A stretch of DNA of 64,000 nucleotides, taken from the human T2T-CHM13v2.0 reference genome, Homo sapiens. The DNA lies in the NCBI RefSeq assembly GCF_009914755.1, contig NC_060931.1; one strand, given 5' to 3'. Below are positions 27,813 through 41,088 of the stretch, piece by piece (the stretch's first letter is position 1; every line of letters begins with the position of its first letter). Both the position numbers and the translations under genes were made by a program. Below the pieces are notes generated by a model. The model saw nothing but the letters and a program-made list of their open reading frames with translations, searched no databases and was not told the origin of the DNA.

Positions 27813-29769
27813 AGGGTGATTGAGGAAGCGTGCTAGGAAGAGAGGAAGCAGGGGTCCTAGAGTGGGCGGCATGCCTTGCAGCCGTGGAGGCCACACAGCT
27901 GTGGGAAATGACAGGGTCTGCAATCACGGTGATGAAAGGGGAAGGACCAGATTGTGAGAGGAAAGGTCAGTAGGGAACTGAGAGACCAGGATAATGGAGG
28001 GACAATCCATGTGTAAGTTGAACTTGCCCAGAGTTAAGACAGGAAGAGGAATGCAATGGTGAGGCAGGAACACTGAGGAACCAGGGGGAATGACTTCAGG
28101 ATGACAGATGTCACAAAATGAGAAGTCAGGTGACATAACCTGATGACCTGAGATTCAATGCAGGACACTTTTAGGAAAGAGAAAGAGGTAATGATGCAGA
28201 AGTGGCAATGAGGAGTGTAAAAGAAACGCACCCCACCTCCAGGCCCCATGGCACAACTGGAGGGAGCAAACCACAGCCACCACGGGACAAGGAGAATAAC
28301 GACAGAATCAGAAGGCAGTGTTCCCAGAGGACAGCCATGTTTTCATCAGAGTGAGATGGTGCTGGAAGAGTCAGAGCCAAGGTTGACACTATTGGGTTTT
28401 GCTAATAATGGACTGTGAGTTCCAGCAGGGCCCAAAAGGGGCTTCAGGATTGGGCAAGGGTAGATGTCCTCCTCTAGTCCATGACCAATGCTGATCCACA
28501 CTGGACTAATTACTTCCCTGATTCCAAGCTAGTAGATGGGTAGCAGTAAATGTTCCATCTCTAGCTGTACTCACCTTGTTGACTTTATTTTCTAACTGTA
28601 GCTAATTCTGTCCCAGGACCTGGCTATTACACAGGCTGAAGCAGCAGTTAGCTCCTCTTTTCTTTGGGACCCACAGAAATCACAGCAGCTGTGTTGTTGT
28701 GGGGTTTCTTGGCGTTTGTTTTGGTTTGGTTTGTTTTTTTTGCCAGTAATTTTTTTCCCAGAAAGGCATTCTTTCTCTTCACTGCAGTGGAAGTGAGAGA
28801 GGGAGAGAGGGTGCAGAGAGGGAGAGGGCAAGTAATCAGATTCCAAGATGACCATCTCCCCAGAAGGCTTTCACTATTCCTCAACATATGGCATCATTTT
28901 AGCATCCTCAGCTCTGTTAGTTTGAGGGTAACCTCAGCAAACATGCCCCTCTCATGAGCAAGGTATGTGGTTTGACAAGCAGACTGTGACTTTTGTGATT
29001 AGAAAAAAGCATCCTTCCTCCTGGTGAATGCAGGCCATGTCAGGGCGCTCAGCTTGACAAGGAGACAGTAGGCTGGATTTTAGATCCTATTCATTTCTTG
29101 GGCTAAGTATTCTTACACAGTCAACAACCTGGACAACTGTACATAGCAGATCTAATGGGAGAAAAGTAATTGGGTGTTTTAAGGAATATTTTCATTAAAG
29201 TATGTGGAATATGGTATCAAGTAGTGACTGTCATGTAACAATGCCTTTTACACATTCCAATGTGTGTGAAATACAAAAAAAAAAGTTTCCGTGTTAATCC
29301 CCTTATAAAATAATTGAAGAAGTCTTTTTTATGTGCAATTGTTTCTGAAAATATGTTAAAGTTACCCAGAAAAGTGTTCACATTTTCAGACTATTATCTC
29401 ATTCTAGGAAAAATTAGGACAACTTGACTCATGCTGGGGAGGCTAGAATCCTGGAGAGAATGAAATTAGAAAAACCTAGATTTTGGGTCCCCCAAGATAG
29501 CTCAAGTCTGTCAGTTCTGCAAAACAGAATTATGCCCCACTCCCATTCTCTCACTCCTTACCTGAGATGCAGTCAGGGCTTAGAAAGGACACGCCAAGAT
29601 TTGCTGCCTTGCCACACAAGCTGGGTTTTCCCTCCCTGGGCCCTGCCAGCCTGGAGGTCATATTTCCTTTACCTTTTGTCCATTTTTCCCTCCCTGGGGC
29701 CTGGCTTGAAGGACAATTCTTGTTTAGAAGAAATCAAGTCTAAGATGTTACTAATCTGGAAATGTTGAT

Positions 29770-30830
29770 CTGGTCTGCCTCTAACATTTGTGGGGCCCAA
29801 AGCAAGAGTACAGACTAAGGTCCCCAAACCATGTGTCTAGTTATTTAGAAGTTATAAATCAAAGCTAACAAACTGCTGAATAAAAGATCCTATTCTCCTA
29901 TCTGATAAATATACCCTCCAAACAACCCAGAAACCCAAGGTAGGAATGCGGTGGCACAGGGAGTGCTAACTCCTGGCTCACAGCCCATGCTCCCTCTTTT
30001 CCCACAGCCAGCCCTCCATGAATGAGGAACTTCCTGGGGCCACTAGTGCATGCTGCAGCTCACACAGTCAACTCCATCCACACCTCCACAAACAGCTGCC
30101 CTTTGGCCACTACTCAGGCGTAAGGACACACCCAGCAGGGTATGCCCTCTGGAGGTCAGACCAGGGAAGAAGCCCTTGCACAGTCAGGAGCCAGCTCAGC
30201 ACCTGTGATGCTGAATTCTATGTGGCAACTTGACTGGACGCAGGTGCTCGGATTAAACCTGATTTCTGGGTATGTCTGTGAGGGTATTTCCAGAGGAGAT
30301 TAGAATTTGAATCCGTGGATTGGCAAAGTTGGTGTCTGCCCCAGTGTGGGTGGTCACCATCTACTCTCCTGAGGGCCTGAAGAGAACAAAAGGCAAAGGA
30401 AGGAGGAATTCGCCCTCAACTTGCTTGCCGCCTGCCTGCTTGAGCAGAGACATTTCATCACATCTTCTCTGGCCCTCGACTGAGATTCACACCATTGGCT
30501 TCCCTGGTTCTCAGGCATTTTGACTTGGACTGAACTACACCATTGGCTTTCCTGGGCTCCAGCTTGCACACAGCAGATTGTGGGATTTCTCAGCCTCTAT
30601 TATTACAGGCGCCAGTTCTTCAAAATCAACCTCTTTCTCTCTGTCTCTCTCTCTCTCCCTAGATCACAGTCTGGAAGTCTGCTCACAGTCTCAAGGTTGG
30701 CATATCCCCTAGAGCCCCCAGACTCCTCATCCCATGGAGACCAACATGGCCAGGGGAGGGCCAGAGCAGGGCCTTCTAAATCACAGACCCCAGGGCAGGA
30801 GCCCCTCCGGTCTGGATCTAAGGATGGTAT
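29770..30830 (+). mobile_element. MER45-family hAT-Tip100 element interrupted by MLT2
   Basis: catttgtggggcccaaagcaagagtaca...agttataaatcaaagctaacaaactg; resumes after 30660. Confidence 0.55.
30204..30660 (+). mobile_element. MLT2D-like ERVL LTR
   Basis: tgtgatgctgaattctatgtggcaacttgactgg...gtctgtgagggtatttccagaggagattag. Confidence 0.85.
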
Positions 30831-30859
30831 TTTCAACAATTCCTAAATTTTTATCCTAG

Positions 30860-31040
30860 GCTCTCCAAATGGGAGTCTAAAGGTCTCAAAACATGGTCCA
30901 GAAGAAGTATGCAAAAATGTAAATTCCTAGGCCCCAACCCAGACCTATGAATCAGATGATCTGTATGGGGGTTCAAGGAATCTATATTATTAAACAATCT
31001 TCCTAAATGACTTGTATTCATACTAAAGCTTGAGAATTGC
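30860..31040 (+). mobile_element. MER5-family MITE
   Basis: ggccccaacccagacctatgaatcaga...taaagcttgagaattgct. Confidence 0.6.
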
Positions 31041-31609
31041 TATCAAACAGCTAGAAGTTGGAGTGAAGGGTCCTGCCTTTCCCATGAAATTCATCAACTC
31101 TATGCCCTCAAAAGCTGGGCTCTTGGATGAGCTGCTCTCCATTCTAGAGACATTACCAGCTAGGTAGCCTGCTGGTCCTCAGGAAGTTAAGCCCAGACTC
31201 TTCAGCACAGAATCAGATAAACACTGATTACATTGTACTCTACAGTTCTGAGAACACCATTACTTAATTCCCGGCAAGTTGCGATGTAATTGAGTAGGTT
31301 GTAGTTTTTTGGGTTTGGGGTTTTTTTGTTTTTTAAATATATCAGGCGTAGTTAGCCAGCTTCCTAGAAACACCATGATCTCTTGGTGAAAATTCCAGAA
31401 ATATGCATCACTTCCTAATTAAAGTAGGGAATTTTTAAAAATTATTAAACCACATGCTTTCTAATTCCTATTGCCCTTTCTTTTCACCCACCATTCAGCA
31501 GTCAGCAGACACTTTCTGGGTACAACAGGGTAGGACCATCCAGGCAGAACAAAAGCCATTGATCATGAACTACAGAGGAGAGTTTGGTAAATGGACACCA
31601 GAAACCATG

Positions 31610-31722
31610 GCCTACAGGGGCCTGGTTTTCTCCCATCTAAATACTAACTAGGCCCAACGCTAGTTGGGCTTAGCTTCCTAGATCAGATGAAATTGGGCAC
31701 ATTTAGGGTTGGGGGTATGGCT
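31610..31722 (-). pseudogene. Degenerate 5S rRNA pseudogene
   Basis: Aligns to the reverse complement of 5S rRNA: gcctacag...ctcccatctaaatactaactaggcccaac...gcttagcttcctagatcagatgaaattgggcacatttagggt...ggtatggc; indels and CpG decay. Confidence 0.88.
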
Positions 31723-31859
31723 CTCTATTGTAAGTAGCAAGAGTTTGAGAGAAGAAAAAAGGGATTTTCTTTTTTTTTTCTTTTAAATTTTAGAGCATTA
31801 ACTTTAAACATCAAGATCCAAACCCCAAGGATTCAGAGAATCTTGTACTATAAACCATT

Positions 31860-32180
31860 TGTATTAGTCAGGGTTCTCCAGAGAAACAGAACCCATAGGA
31901 GGTATAGAGATAGAGAAATATGGAATTGGCTCCCATGATTATGGAGGCTGAGAAGTCCCTCAATCTGCTGTCTGTGAGCTGGAGACCTAGGAAAGCTTAG
32001 CTGGTGGTACAAACCAGCCCAAGTGCAAAGGCCCAAGAACTAAGAGCACCATTGTCAGAGAGCAGGAAAAGACAGATGTCCCAGCTCAAAAAGAGAGAGC
32101 AAATTCACCTTCCTTCCACCATTTTATTCCGTCCTGTTCCATTCCTCAACAGGTTGGATGATGAGGGAGATCTTTATCCA
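31860..32180 (-). mobile_element. MLT2B/C-like ERVL LTR fragment
   Basis: tgtattagtcagggttctccagagaaacagaacc...ggaattggctcccatgattatggaggctgagaagtccc. Confidence 0.85.
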
Positions 32181-34136
32181 TCTCAAGTTTTTTGTGCAAA
32201 TATGGAATACAAATGAAAAATACTTAAAGCACATCATCATTGATTTCCAACTTAGACTAGTTTAACTTCCCTTTTTCTTCTATCCTGTCAGTTCCTTGAG
32301 GGATCCTCTCTCCTTGTTCATCTCTGCATCTCTAGTAATTAGCACAGTGCCAGGCACATGGTAATATGGCTAAAACAGTGGATTATTGGTCTCCAACATA
32401 ATTAAGCCCATCCAAAAGAAAAACCAACCTCATAAATCTGCTTTGCAAAGTTCATAAACAATGGATATGCTATGTCTCAAAGGTGCTGGCCAAAAAAATT
32501 TAAGAACTTGGGAATTATGTGTTATTTTGTTTGTTTTTTTCACCAAGCCTACTTTTCTGTCACAAGAGCCCATATCAACAACACACCCATGTATGTCCTT
32601 CTTTTTATCTACTTTTCTCCATGAAGTTTGTCACCATCAACTGTTAAAACTGTAAAGATTTGATCAGCTAAATAAGTGGTCTTTGAACTAATTCCTCTCG
32701 TACTTCCTAAAGGAACTTTGAAAAACTATGTATCCCCTTGCACATTTTCAAGCAGACACCTAAGATTTTTCATCATAAATTTGAATAACTTCAAAATATG
32801 TACTTATTAGCATATTGTAAATATTGATTTTTAAATAAAATATATCACACTTTGTATCCAATGAACTCTAAACACCATAGCAATTTGACACTTACTCTCC
32901 CACCCTCAGTCTTAAAAATTCACCAACAACCTCTTTTTTAACAACCGAAAAATTTGTATTATTCCTTTTTAAAATTTTGAAGTTTTCTGGATTGAATTAT
33001 TTTTATAATGATTTTTAGTATACAACTGACCAAAGCAACATAAATATATAGCATATTTTGATAAATAATTATAAAACATAGCAAGTTATGTGTTATTGGA
33101 AAATTAAACTAAATGAATGGATCTTTTTAAATTAGTTCGGGTATCTGTGGCTGTTCCTAACTGTTAAAATGAGACAGAGTCAGCGTCAATTCTACTCTTA
33201 TTTTTTATTTTTTTAGACGTAAGCCCTGAGAAAACTTGTTCAATTAAATAAGTAATGAGAATGTTAGGCATTTTCTGATAAAAATGTCACTCTGTTATTT
33301 GAATGCCTTCTTGATTATAAGTCAAAAAGTACATAGTGATCTATTATCAAAAACTATTGGCCTATCTGTTGACAACTTGGGTAGGTCCTCCTTTAATTTT
33401 ATTGAAAGCAAAGAATTGGAAACTACCTAATTTACAAAAAAAAGAAGAAGAAGAAGAAGAAGAAATGTGTTACCTAATTATTAGAGCTCACTTTCTAAGT
33501 TTCTAGGAAGTATGACCCAAAAAAGCTTGGCCAAGACTTATCACATGGCTGTTGATTATACCATCACCCTTTTACTTACAGGCGTCTTGCTTATGGACCT
33601 AAAAAAGATGAAACTGGAGTTAGAAACAAAAACAGAAAATTGTAAATTGTGCATTTGGGGACTTTTCTCCTTGACTGTGAACAGAGACCTATATACAATG
33701 CCAAATTTCATTTTTTAAGAATGTCTCAAAATGCAGAGTAAAGAAATGACAGAAGGACAGACACTTGGGGATATTCATGTATATACTAATAACTTCTTCC
33801 CAAATATGACTGAAGACAATACACTTAGCAGAACTGAAATCAATATATTAACATCTGAAAGGGAGAAATTAATCCTAATTCAATCAAGCCAGTTTTCTAA
33901 AGTTCAGGTCATTGCATATTAGATTTACATTTTGGAAAAATTTTTTTTGCTTTTGAACCAATAGATTTCTGCTTTTGACAGTATAGTTTAAATACTTTAT
34001 GTAAGTTGACAGCAAGAGAAAGAACTTAGTCACCAATAAGTATAGTACAAGATTATGGAAAGCACATTAAGGACCTCTAAGCACATTAGTTAGAGTATAA
34101 TCTGCAATATATTCCTGTTAAATTACTTAATGCTAA

Positions 34137-34573
34137 TTCTGTGGACTGAATTTCATTCCCCCAAAATTTATATTTTGAAGGCTTAACCCTTAATGTGACT
34201 ATATTTGGAAATAGTGCCTGTGAAGAGGTGATAAAGGTTAAATGAGGTCACAGGCTGGGGTCCTACTTCACTAGGACTGGTGTCCTTTAAAGAAGAGGAC
34301 AAGATGCCAGATGCTCTCGTTCATGTGCCCCCTTTCTCTCTCTCTCTCTCTCGCTGGTTCACTCTCTCTCTCTCTCCTCCTGCCCCCCATGTGAGGATAT
34401 AAGGAGAAGGCAGCCATCTGCCAGCCAGGAAGAGAGCCCACACCAGAACTTGACCATGCTGACACCCTAATCTTGGATTTCTAGCCTCCAGAGTTATGAG
34501 AAAATAAATTTCTGTTATTTAAACCACCTGGTGCATGGTATTTTGTTATGGCAACACAAGCTGACTTATATAC
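34137..34573 (+). mobile_element. MLT1A-like MaLR LTR
   Basis: gtggactgaat...aaggttaaatgaggtc...ctagcctccagagttatgagaaaataaatttctg. Confidence 0.88.
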
Positions 34574-35041
34574 CTAATAACTACATGGCAGGAATTAATA
34601 CATGAACGGGAAAGTTGTTCATGAGTGACAGTGAGCAGGAGACCTGTACCTTCATCAGAAATGAATATAGATTTCATATTTTGCTAACTTTTAGCAAAAA
34701 TTAATGAAAGTGTTTCTCCTATAAATCTGAGTAAATATTTAAGAAAATACAAAATACTAACTTACCTCTAATATGTGTTTCTTTTGTTAGAAAATGTAGC
34801 CTTGATATGTTGGAAGAAACTGTAGTCTTTTCACCTTGAAGTTATGCAAATTACACTCCTGAGACATAGAGTAAAATGCAGCTAAATGAGAGTATTCACA
34901 GAGCTTGCTCTCATTACTGAGATGGTGAAATTGCAGAGAAAATGTGGTTCATAGCTCACTGGCATTTCCCAGTACACTTCTTACAAATCTTGAATATTTC
35001 AAGATAGACAGAGACCTCCCATGAGTTTGCCACCTGGATGA

Positions 35042-35378
<337 letters not shown>

Positions 35379-35400
35379 AATATTTCTAAGAGATGTTCTC

Positions 35401-35721
35401 TTTGTTTTTTTCTTTGTTTTTTTTTTTTTTTTTTTTTTTGAGATGGAGTCTTACTCTGTCACCGAGGTTGAAGTACAGTGGTGTGATCTCGGCTCACTGC
35501 AACCTCCACCTCCTGGGTTCAAGCGATTCTCCTGCTTCAGCCTCCTGAGTAGCTGGGATTATGGGGTCCCACCACTATGCCCGGCTAATTTTTGTATTTT
35601 TAGTAGAGACTGGGTTTCGCCATGTTGGCCAGGCTGATCTCGAGCTCCTGACCTCAAGTGATCTGCCCGCCTTGGCCTGCCAAAGTGCTGGGATTACAGG
35701 CGTGAGCCACTGTGCCCAGCC
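35401..35721 (-). mobile_element. AluS-like
   Basis: PolyT plus antisense Alu dimer about 20 bp from the AluY. Confidence 0.96.
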
Positions 35722-36213
35722 TGCTTTATTCTCAAGTCTCTTTCCTCAGGAACAATGCCTTCTTTGCCAGTAGTGAAGACAGGAGGAAAATGCCATCACT
35801 TCTCCTGCCTAATTCCATGATACTCCTGAAGTCCAAACACCCCGACATGGGTGAGCATACCTGCTTAAGGTATGCTTTGCCCCTAAAAGAGATAAGCATA
35901 AGACAGAGAAAGATAATATGCCCTGCACCTTTGGTTTATGCTGGTTTGATTAAAGGAAAATACCCATAGTATTTCCTTCAACAGAGTATTTCCTTTGAGA
36001 GTCTCTCTCTCTCTCAAATACCCATAGTTTGACTTTCCTCAGCTTGGTGTCCCAGAGGTTTGTATACCCAGGGCAATTAAGGTACCACAGCATAATTTGA
36101 GGTGGATGAAAAATATGTCACTTTTTTGTAGGGCAGAAGAAAAGGAGCTATAAAAGAAAAGGTGGATAAGGAGAAGCAGCTTGATTCAGGGGCACTTTTG
36201 AGCAAATATAGAA

Positions 36214-36256
<43 letters not shown>

Positions 36257-36419
36257 AAGAATTTGGAAATTGATTCTGAGTCTGCATAGCTCTTGGGATG
36301 TCCTCATGTACCCCTAAAGCTATGCAAATCTCAATTTGAATTAAATATTTCTACCATTGCTAATAATTATCATTGCAATGTACTGGGAACCTATTTTAAA
36401 CCAGGTAGTATATTAAGTT

Positions 36420-36423
<4 letters not shown>

Positions 36424-36472
<49 letters not shown>

Positions 36473-36505
36473 TATATACACATGTATATATACATATATA
36501 TATAT
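36424..36505. repeat. (TA)n microsatellite with CA interruptions, inside a MIR
   Basis: Seen directly; a compound (TA)n(GA)n also lies at about 36213-36256. Confidence 0.95.
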
Positions 36506-37102
36506 GGAGAGACAACATGTGCTCATTTAAATTGTACTTCTCATATGATAGTCATTATTAACCCCATTTTAAAGGTGAATAAATTGGGACTCAGAGAAAA
36601 GTAATTTGCCCAGGATCCCACGGCTAGTAAATGCCACAGCCAAATTCAACCCTAGCTCCATTTGATTGGAGAGCCTGTGCTCTGCAGTTCACCCTACGTG
36701 GCCTTGTTTCTGTGTTCTCAACTGGCAGCAGCTGAATATCTCTGCCTTCTAGAGAACCAGTGCTTAAAAAGTAATAAGTCTCTAATGGTGGATTTCAGGA
36801 TTATGTGGCAGACTTTTGAAAGGTATTTTCATCAAGACACTCTTCCTAGTGCCTCCTGAAATCATGAAAATACATTTTTTCTCTCTTTTTCTGATACACA
36901 CATCACTCTGTTTCTTAATGAGGTTACAGAGGTGGGGAGAATCAAGTATGAATAGCAAATAAGCATTCAAATTAAGAAAACTTGAAATTATTCCAGGGTC
37001 TCTATTTAGTTCACTGTTAGAAATCCTAACTGTGTTTTCATACTTAATTTAAAGACGTTGTGGTCACTAGTTCTTTTTTTTCCTTAAAATATCCCCCAAA
37101 GG

Positions 37103-37302
37103 ATTCTTTAATTCTCAATTTTTGACCTAAGCCCATGAACCCAATCCCTTTAGTGATTAACCACACAGTTAAAAATTAAAGGTAATGATGATCATAAATG
37201 ACCATTAATTCTTTAATTCTCAATTTTTGACCTAAGTCCATGAACCCAATCCCTTTAGTGAATAACCACATAGTTAAAAATTAAAGGGAATGATGACCAT
37301 AA
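37103..37302. repeat. 95-bp tandem duplication, period 105 bp
   Basis: 37103-37197 versus 37208-37302, 5 substitutions counted by eye. Confidence 0.93.
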
Positions 37303-38428
37303 TAGCAAACCATAAAGAATATCCTACTATTCTCTGCAAAAATATAGACAAATTATGGTAATTAAAAAATAGCCCCCTTTCAACCTATTTCACACATATG
37401 TACACACACAATTTTCAGTGGAACTGTGAGTAAAGTGAATCTACACTTATATTTCATTATGGAGCTTAAACTAATATTTATCTATTCTTTAAGACAAATT
37501 AAAGCTTGTATTTTTGGGTGGGTTCAGCTAAATAGTAGTTTGGACAGTAGTCCTTGGTCTGGGGCTCATGTATTTTTCAGACGTAAAGACACCTAAGAAG
37601 TTACAAGAGCACAGGGTGAATAAACAACATCAGTTTCCTAGAGTGCAGATTTAGGAGAGGAGAGAAAGCTTAATGATCTAGACTAGAAAAGCAGCTCCCA
37701 AGACAAAAGAGCACCTCTGTTGGAGCCAGCCACACTGCATTTTGAGACGCAGCTCAAAAAGGTGGAGAGGGGAACGGGAAAATCTAAGGAATTTTGTAAG
37801 GTGAGGGAGTCGGACAGAGAAATTAATTATGCTAGTTTTTAAGGGTATATTTGGTCCTCAATGAAATACTAATGTCATATGTTTATGTTTTGCTTAAAGA
37901 ACTTTTACATAAATGTATTATTCATAACGGCCTGTGGGGTTTGTGGGGAAGGCACTATTTTTGTTAAGTGGCAGAAAAGAAAATGCAGGCACAGAGAGGC
38001 TGGGCGAATTGTCCATTGTCCCATAGCTGGTTCCTTGGCAGAGTAATGATCAGACAGACCCCAATCCAAGGGAGTCCCACCTCTTGCTAGCAGTCAGAGG
38101 CACTCTTTTTTAATTTGCCAAATTGTTCTAAAACTAAATATACAAGTACCATATAATCCAATAATTGCACTCTCGAGTACTTATCTCAAAGCTTTGAAAA
38201 CTTACGTTCACCAAAGACCTGTATATGAATGTTCATGATGTCTTTATTCGTAATAAACAAAAGCAACCGAAATATTCTTCGGCAGGTGAATGGTTAAACA
38301 CGCTGTAGTCTATCCATACACCATACACTGGAATACTTTTCAGCAGTAAAAAGGAACAAACTATTGATAAATGCAGCAACTTAGATAGCTCTTAAGGGAA
38401 TTATGCTGAGTGAAAAGAGCCAAACTGT

Positions 38429-38586
38429 TTTTATTTTATTTTTTTTTTCTGGAGAAAGGGTCTTGCTCTGGTGCCCAGGCTGGAGTGCAGTGACGTGATC
38501 AGCCTCAAACTCCTGGGCTCAGGTGATCCTCCCACCTCAGCCTCCCAAAGTGCTAGGATTATAGGAATAAGCCACCACACCTAGCC
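38429..38586 (-). mobile_element. Alu monomer (FRAM/FLAM-like)
   Basis: Single arm of about 135 bp plus polyT; duplicated aaaagagccaa on both flanks. Confidence 0.85.
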
Positions 38587-38943
38587 TAAAAGAGCCAATA
38601 TTAAAAAGTTATATACTATATGATTTCATTTATATAACATTCTTGAAATGAAAAATTCTAAAGATGGAGAACAGATTACTGATTGTTCATCAGGGTAGGA
38701 GTGGATGTAGGATAGCGACACAGCCTTAGTGATGGAACAGTTCTATATTTTGATTATAGTGGTGGTTACATGAACCTATACATTACAAAAGCTGCACAGA
38801 ACTATACATACACACACATGCAAGAACACATCAAACAGGTGAAATGTGAATAAGCTCTGTGGATTGGCCTAATGCCAATTTCCTGGTTTTGGTGTTGTGC
38901 TATAGTTAGGCAGGATGTTATCACTGGGGGAAACAGAGTGAAC

Positions 38944-38959
38944 ATATATATATATATAA

Positions 38960-39004
<45 letters not shown>

Positions 39005-39050
39005 CATATATATATACACATATATATATGTGTGTATATATAGATATACA
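38944..39050. repeat. Compound (TA)n(CA)n microsatellite
   Basis: Seen directly, adjacent to an Alu tail. Confidence 0.95.
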
Positions 39051-39268
<218 letters not shown>

Positions 39269-39451
39269 CCTATACATTTTTTATAACTTCCTATGGGTCT
39301 ATAATTTTTTTCAAAATAAATCATGAAAAAACCATTTTCTAAGTAATCATAAACCACATTTAATAGTCCATTCTTGAAATTTGTCTGGGATTAACACAAA
39401 GCTAAGGCCAGTTTTCCTGTACCTCCCCATTTCTTCTTACCTGTTGGTTTG

Positions 39452-40158
39452 TGATACAATTTGGATCTGTATCCCCACCAAATCTGATGTTGCATTGTAA
39501 TTGCCCATGTTGGAGGTGGGACCTGGTGGCAGGAGACTGGATCATCAGGGTGGATCCCTCATGGCTTAGTGCTGCCCCTGCAATAGTGAGTAGTAGTTTA
39601 AAAGTGCGTAGCACCCAGGTCGGGCACAGTGGCTCGCACAAGCAATCCCAGCACTTTGGGAGGCTGAGGCAGTTGGATCATTTGAGCCCAGGAGTTTGAG
39701 ACCAGCCTGGGCAACACGGCAAACCCCAGCTATATAAAAAATTAGCCTGCCATGGTGGTGCATGCCTGTAGTCCCAGCTACCTGGCAAGCTAAGGTTGGG
39801 GGATCACCTGAGCCCAGGGCGGGGAGGAGGAGGGGGTTGTCAAGGCTGCAGTGAGCCATGATCAAGCCACTGCACTGCAGTCTGGGCAACAGTGAGACCC
39901 CATCTCAAAAATAATAAATAAATAACTGAAAATGTTGTTAAGTATGTAGCACCTCTCTTCTTCCTGCTTTGCCATGTGACATGCCTCCTCCCACTTTGCC
40001 TTTGGCCATGAGTAAAAGCTCCCTGAGGCTTCCACAGAAGCCAAGCAGATACTGGCGTCATGCTTCCTGTACAGCCTGCAGAACTCGGAGCCAGTTAAAT
40101 CGCTTTTCTTTATAAATTACCCAGTGTCGTGTATTCCCTTATAGCGAGACCTAATACA
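39452..40158 (+). mobile_element. MSTA/B MaLR solo LTR with an AluJ insertion
   Basis: tgatacaatttggatctgtatccccacc...ctaataca; 5-bp TSD GTTTG at 39447-39451 and 40159-40163. Confidence 0.92.
39618..39925 (+). mobile_element. AluJ-like
   Basis: Alu dimer; flanking aagtgcgtagcacc / aagtatgtagcacc TSD. Confidence 0.93.
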
Positions 40159-41088
40159 GTTTGTCTTATTGTCTTTCATTCTTTATTTGTTAATTCATTG
40201 CACACTTATTAAATGTTCATCATACACGCACTGCTGCTCCTGCAGGAGATCACTGGCCTTTATCCTATCCCTTGGCTCCATCTTTCTTCCCACCTTTCTG
40301 TGGAAACTGACAGGAGCAACTAATTCAGCCCTGAGGGTCATGAATATCCACAAAGGGAGCATTTAAGTTGATTTTACCAGGATTTTCTTCTCCCTTTCCC
40401 AGAAAATTTGAGTGGAAAATCCCTCTTGATCAAGTCAGCAAATCTCCTGCCAAACAAATTCTTCCCAGTCTTTGAAAGATCCAATCCCCCTATTCTGGTA
40501 GGTTTGGCTATTATCCAGGAAACCTAATCTCACTCCTCTAAACCAGCAACAGAAGCCAAGTCTTCCTTTCCTGCATCCTTTTCTTCCAAAGCCAACTGGA
40601 AAGAAAAAATAAACCAAAAATTCTATCTAGACCCTAAAATTCTCTATTTTCTGTTCAAAACTCCAACAATGGAGATACAATTGAAACTTCTTAACATCAC
40701 AGAATTTGTTTTTAGCAGAAATCGATATAAGAGGCCAGCCTCCTCCTCCTCCTAGAGATGAGGGAGAAATAGAGACTCAGAAGGGTATGCAATGTGCCAA
40801 GAGCCGGGCAGGACAATGCACTTGTCAGGGCCTGAGTCTTAAGAAGTCAACATTTACCAAGTCCCCACAGCCTGTCTTGTCATCAGGAACTGAAGGAAGC
40901 AAATGAGAGGGGAGCCCACCAACTCTCTGTGGTCCAGGTGTAATCAGGAGGCCCCTCCCCATGTTCTCCTCCAGGACACCTTTGGCAGGAATGAAGAGGG
41001 GACTCTGTATGCTCCTGACTGGAGCCCAACCTACCAATCCCCAGCCTTCACACTCCACACCACTATCCTCCTTGAGACCACCAAGATC

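Larger units (their letters stand above)
26590..28420 (-). mobile_element. L2 fragments interrupted by THE1 and MLT1
   Basis: ttgacatgagaactttcagaggagtagtggaggcaaaagc; gaggaaaggtcagtagggaactgagagaccagg. Confidence 0.65.

Noticed and set aside
31610-31722. Functional 5S rRNA gene
   Set aside because: Indels, CpG decay, damaged ends and no tandem 5S cluster context; called a pseudogene instead
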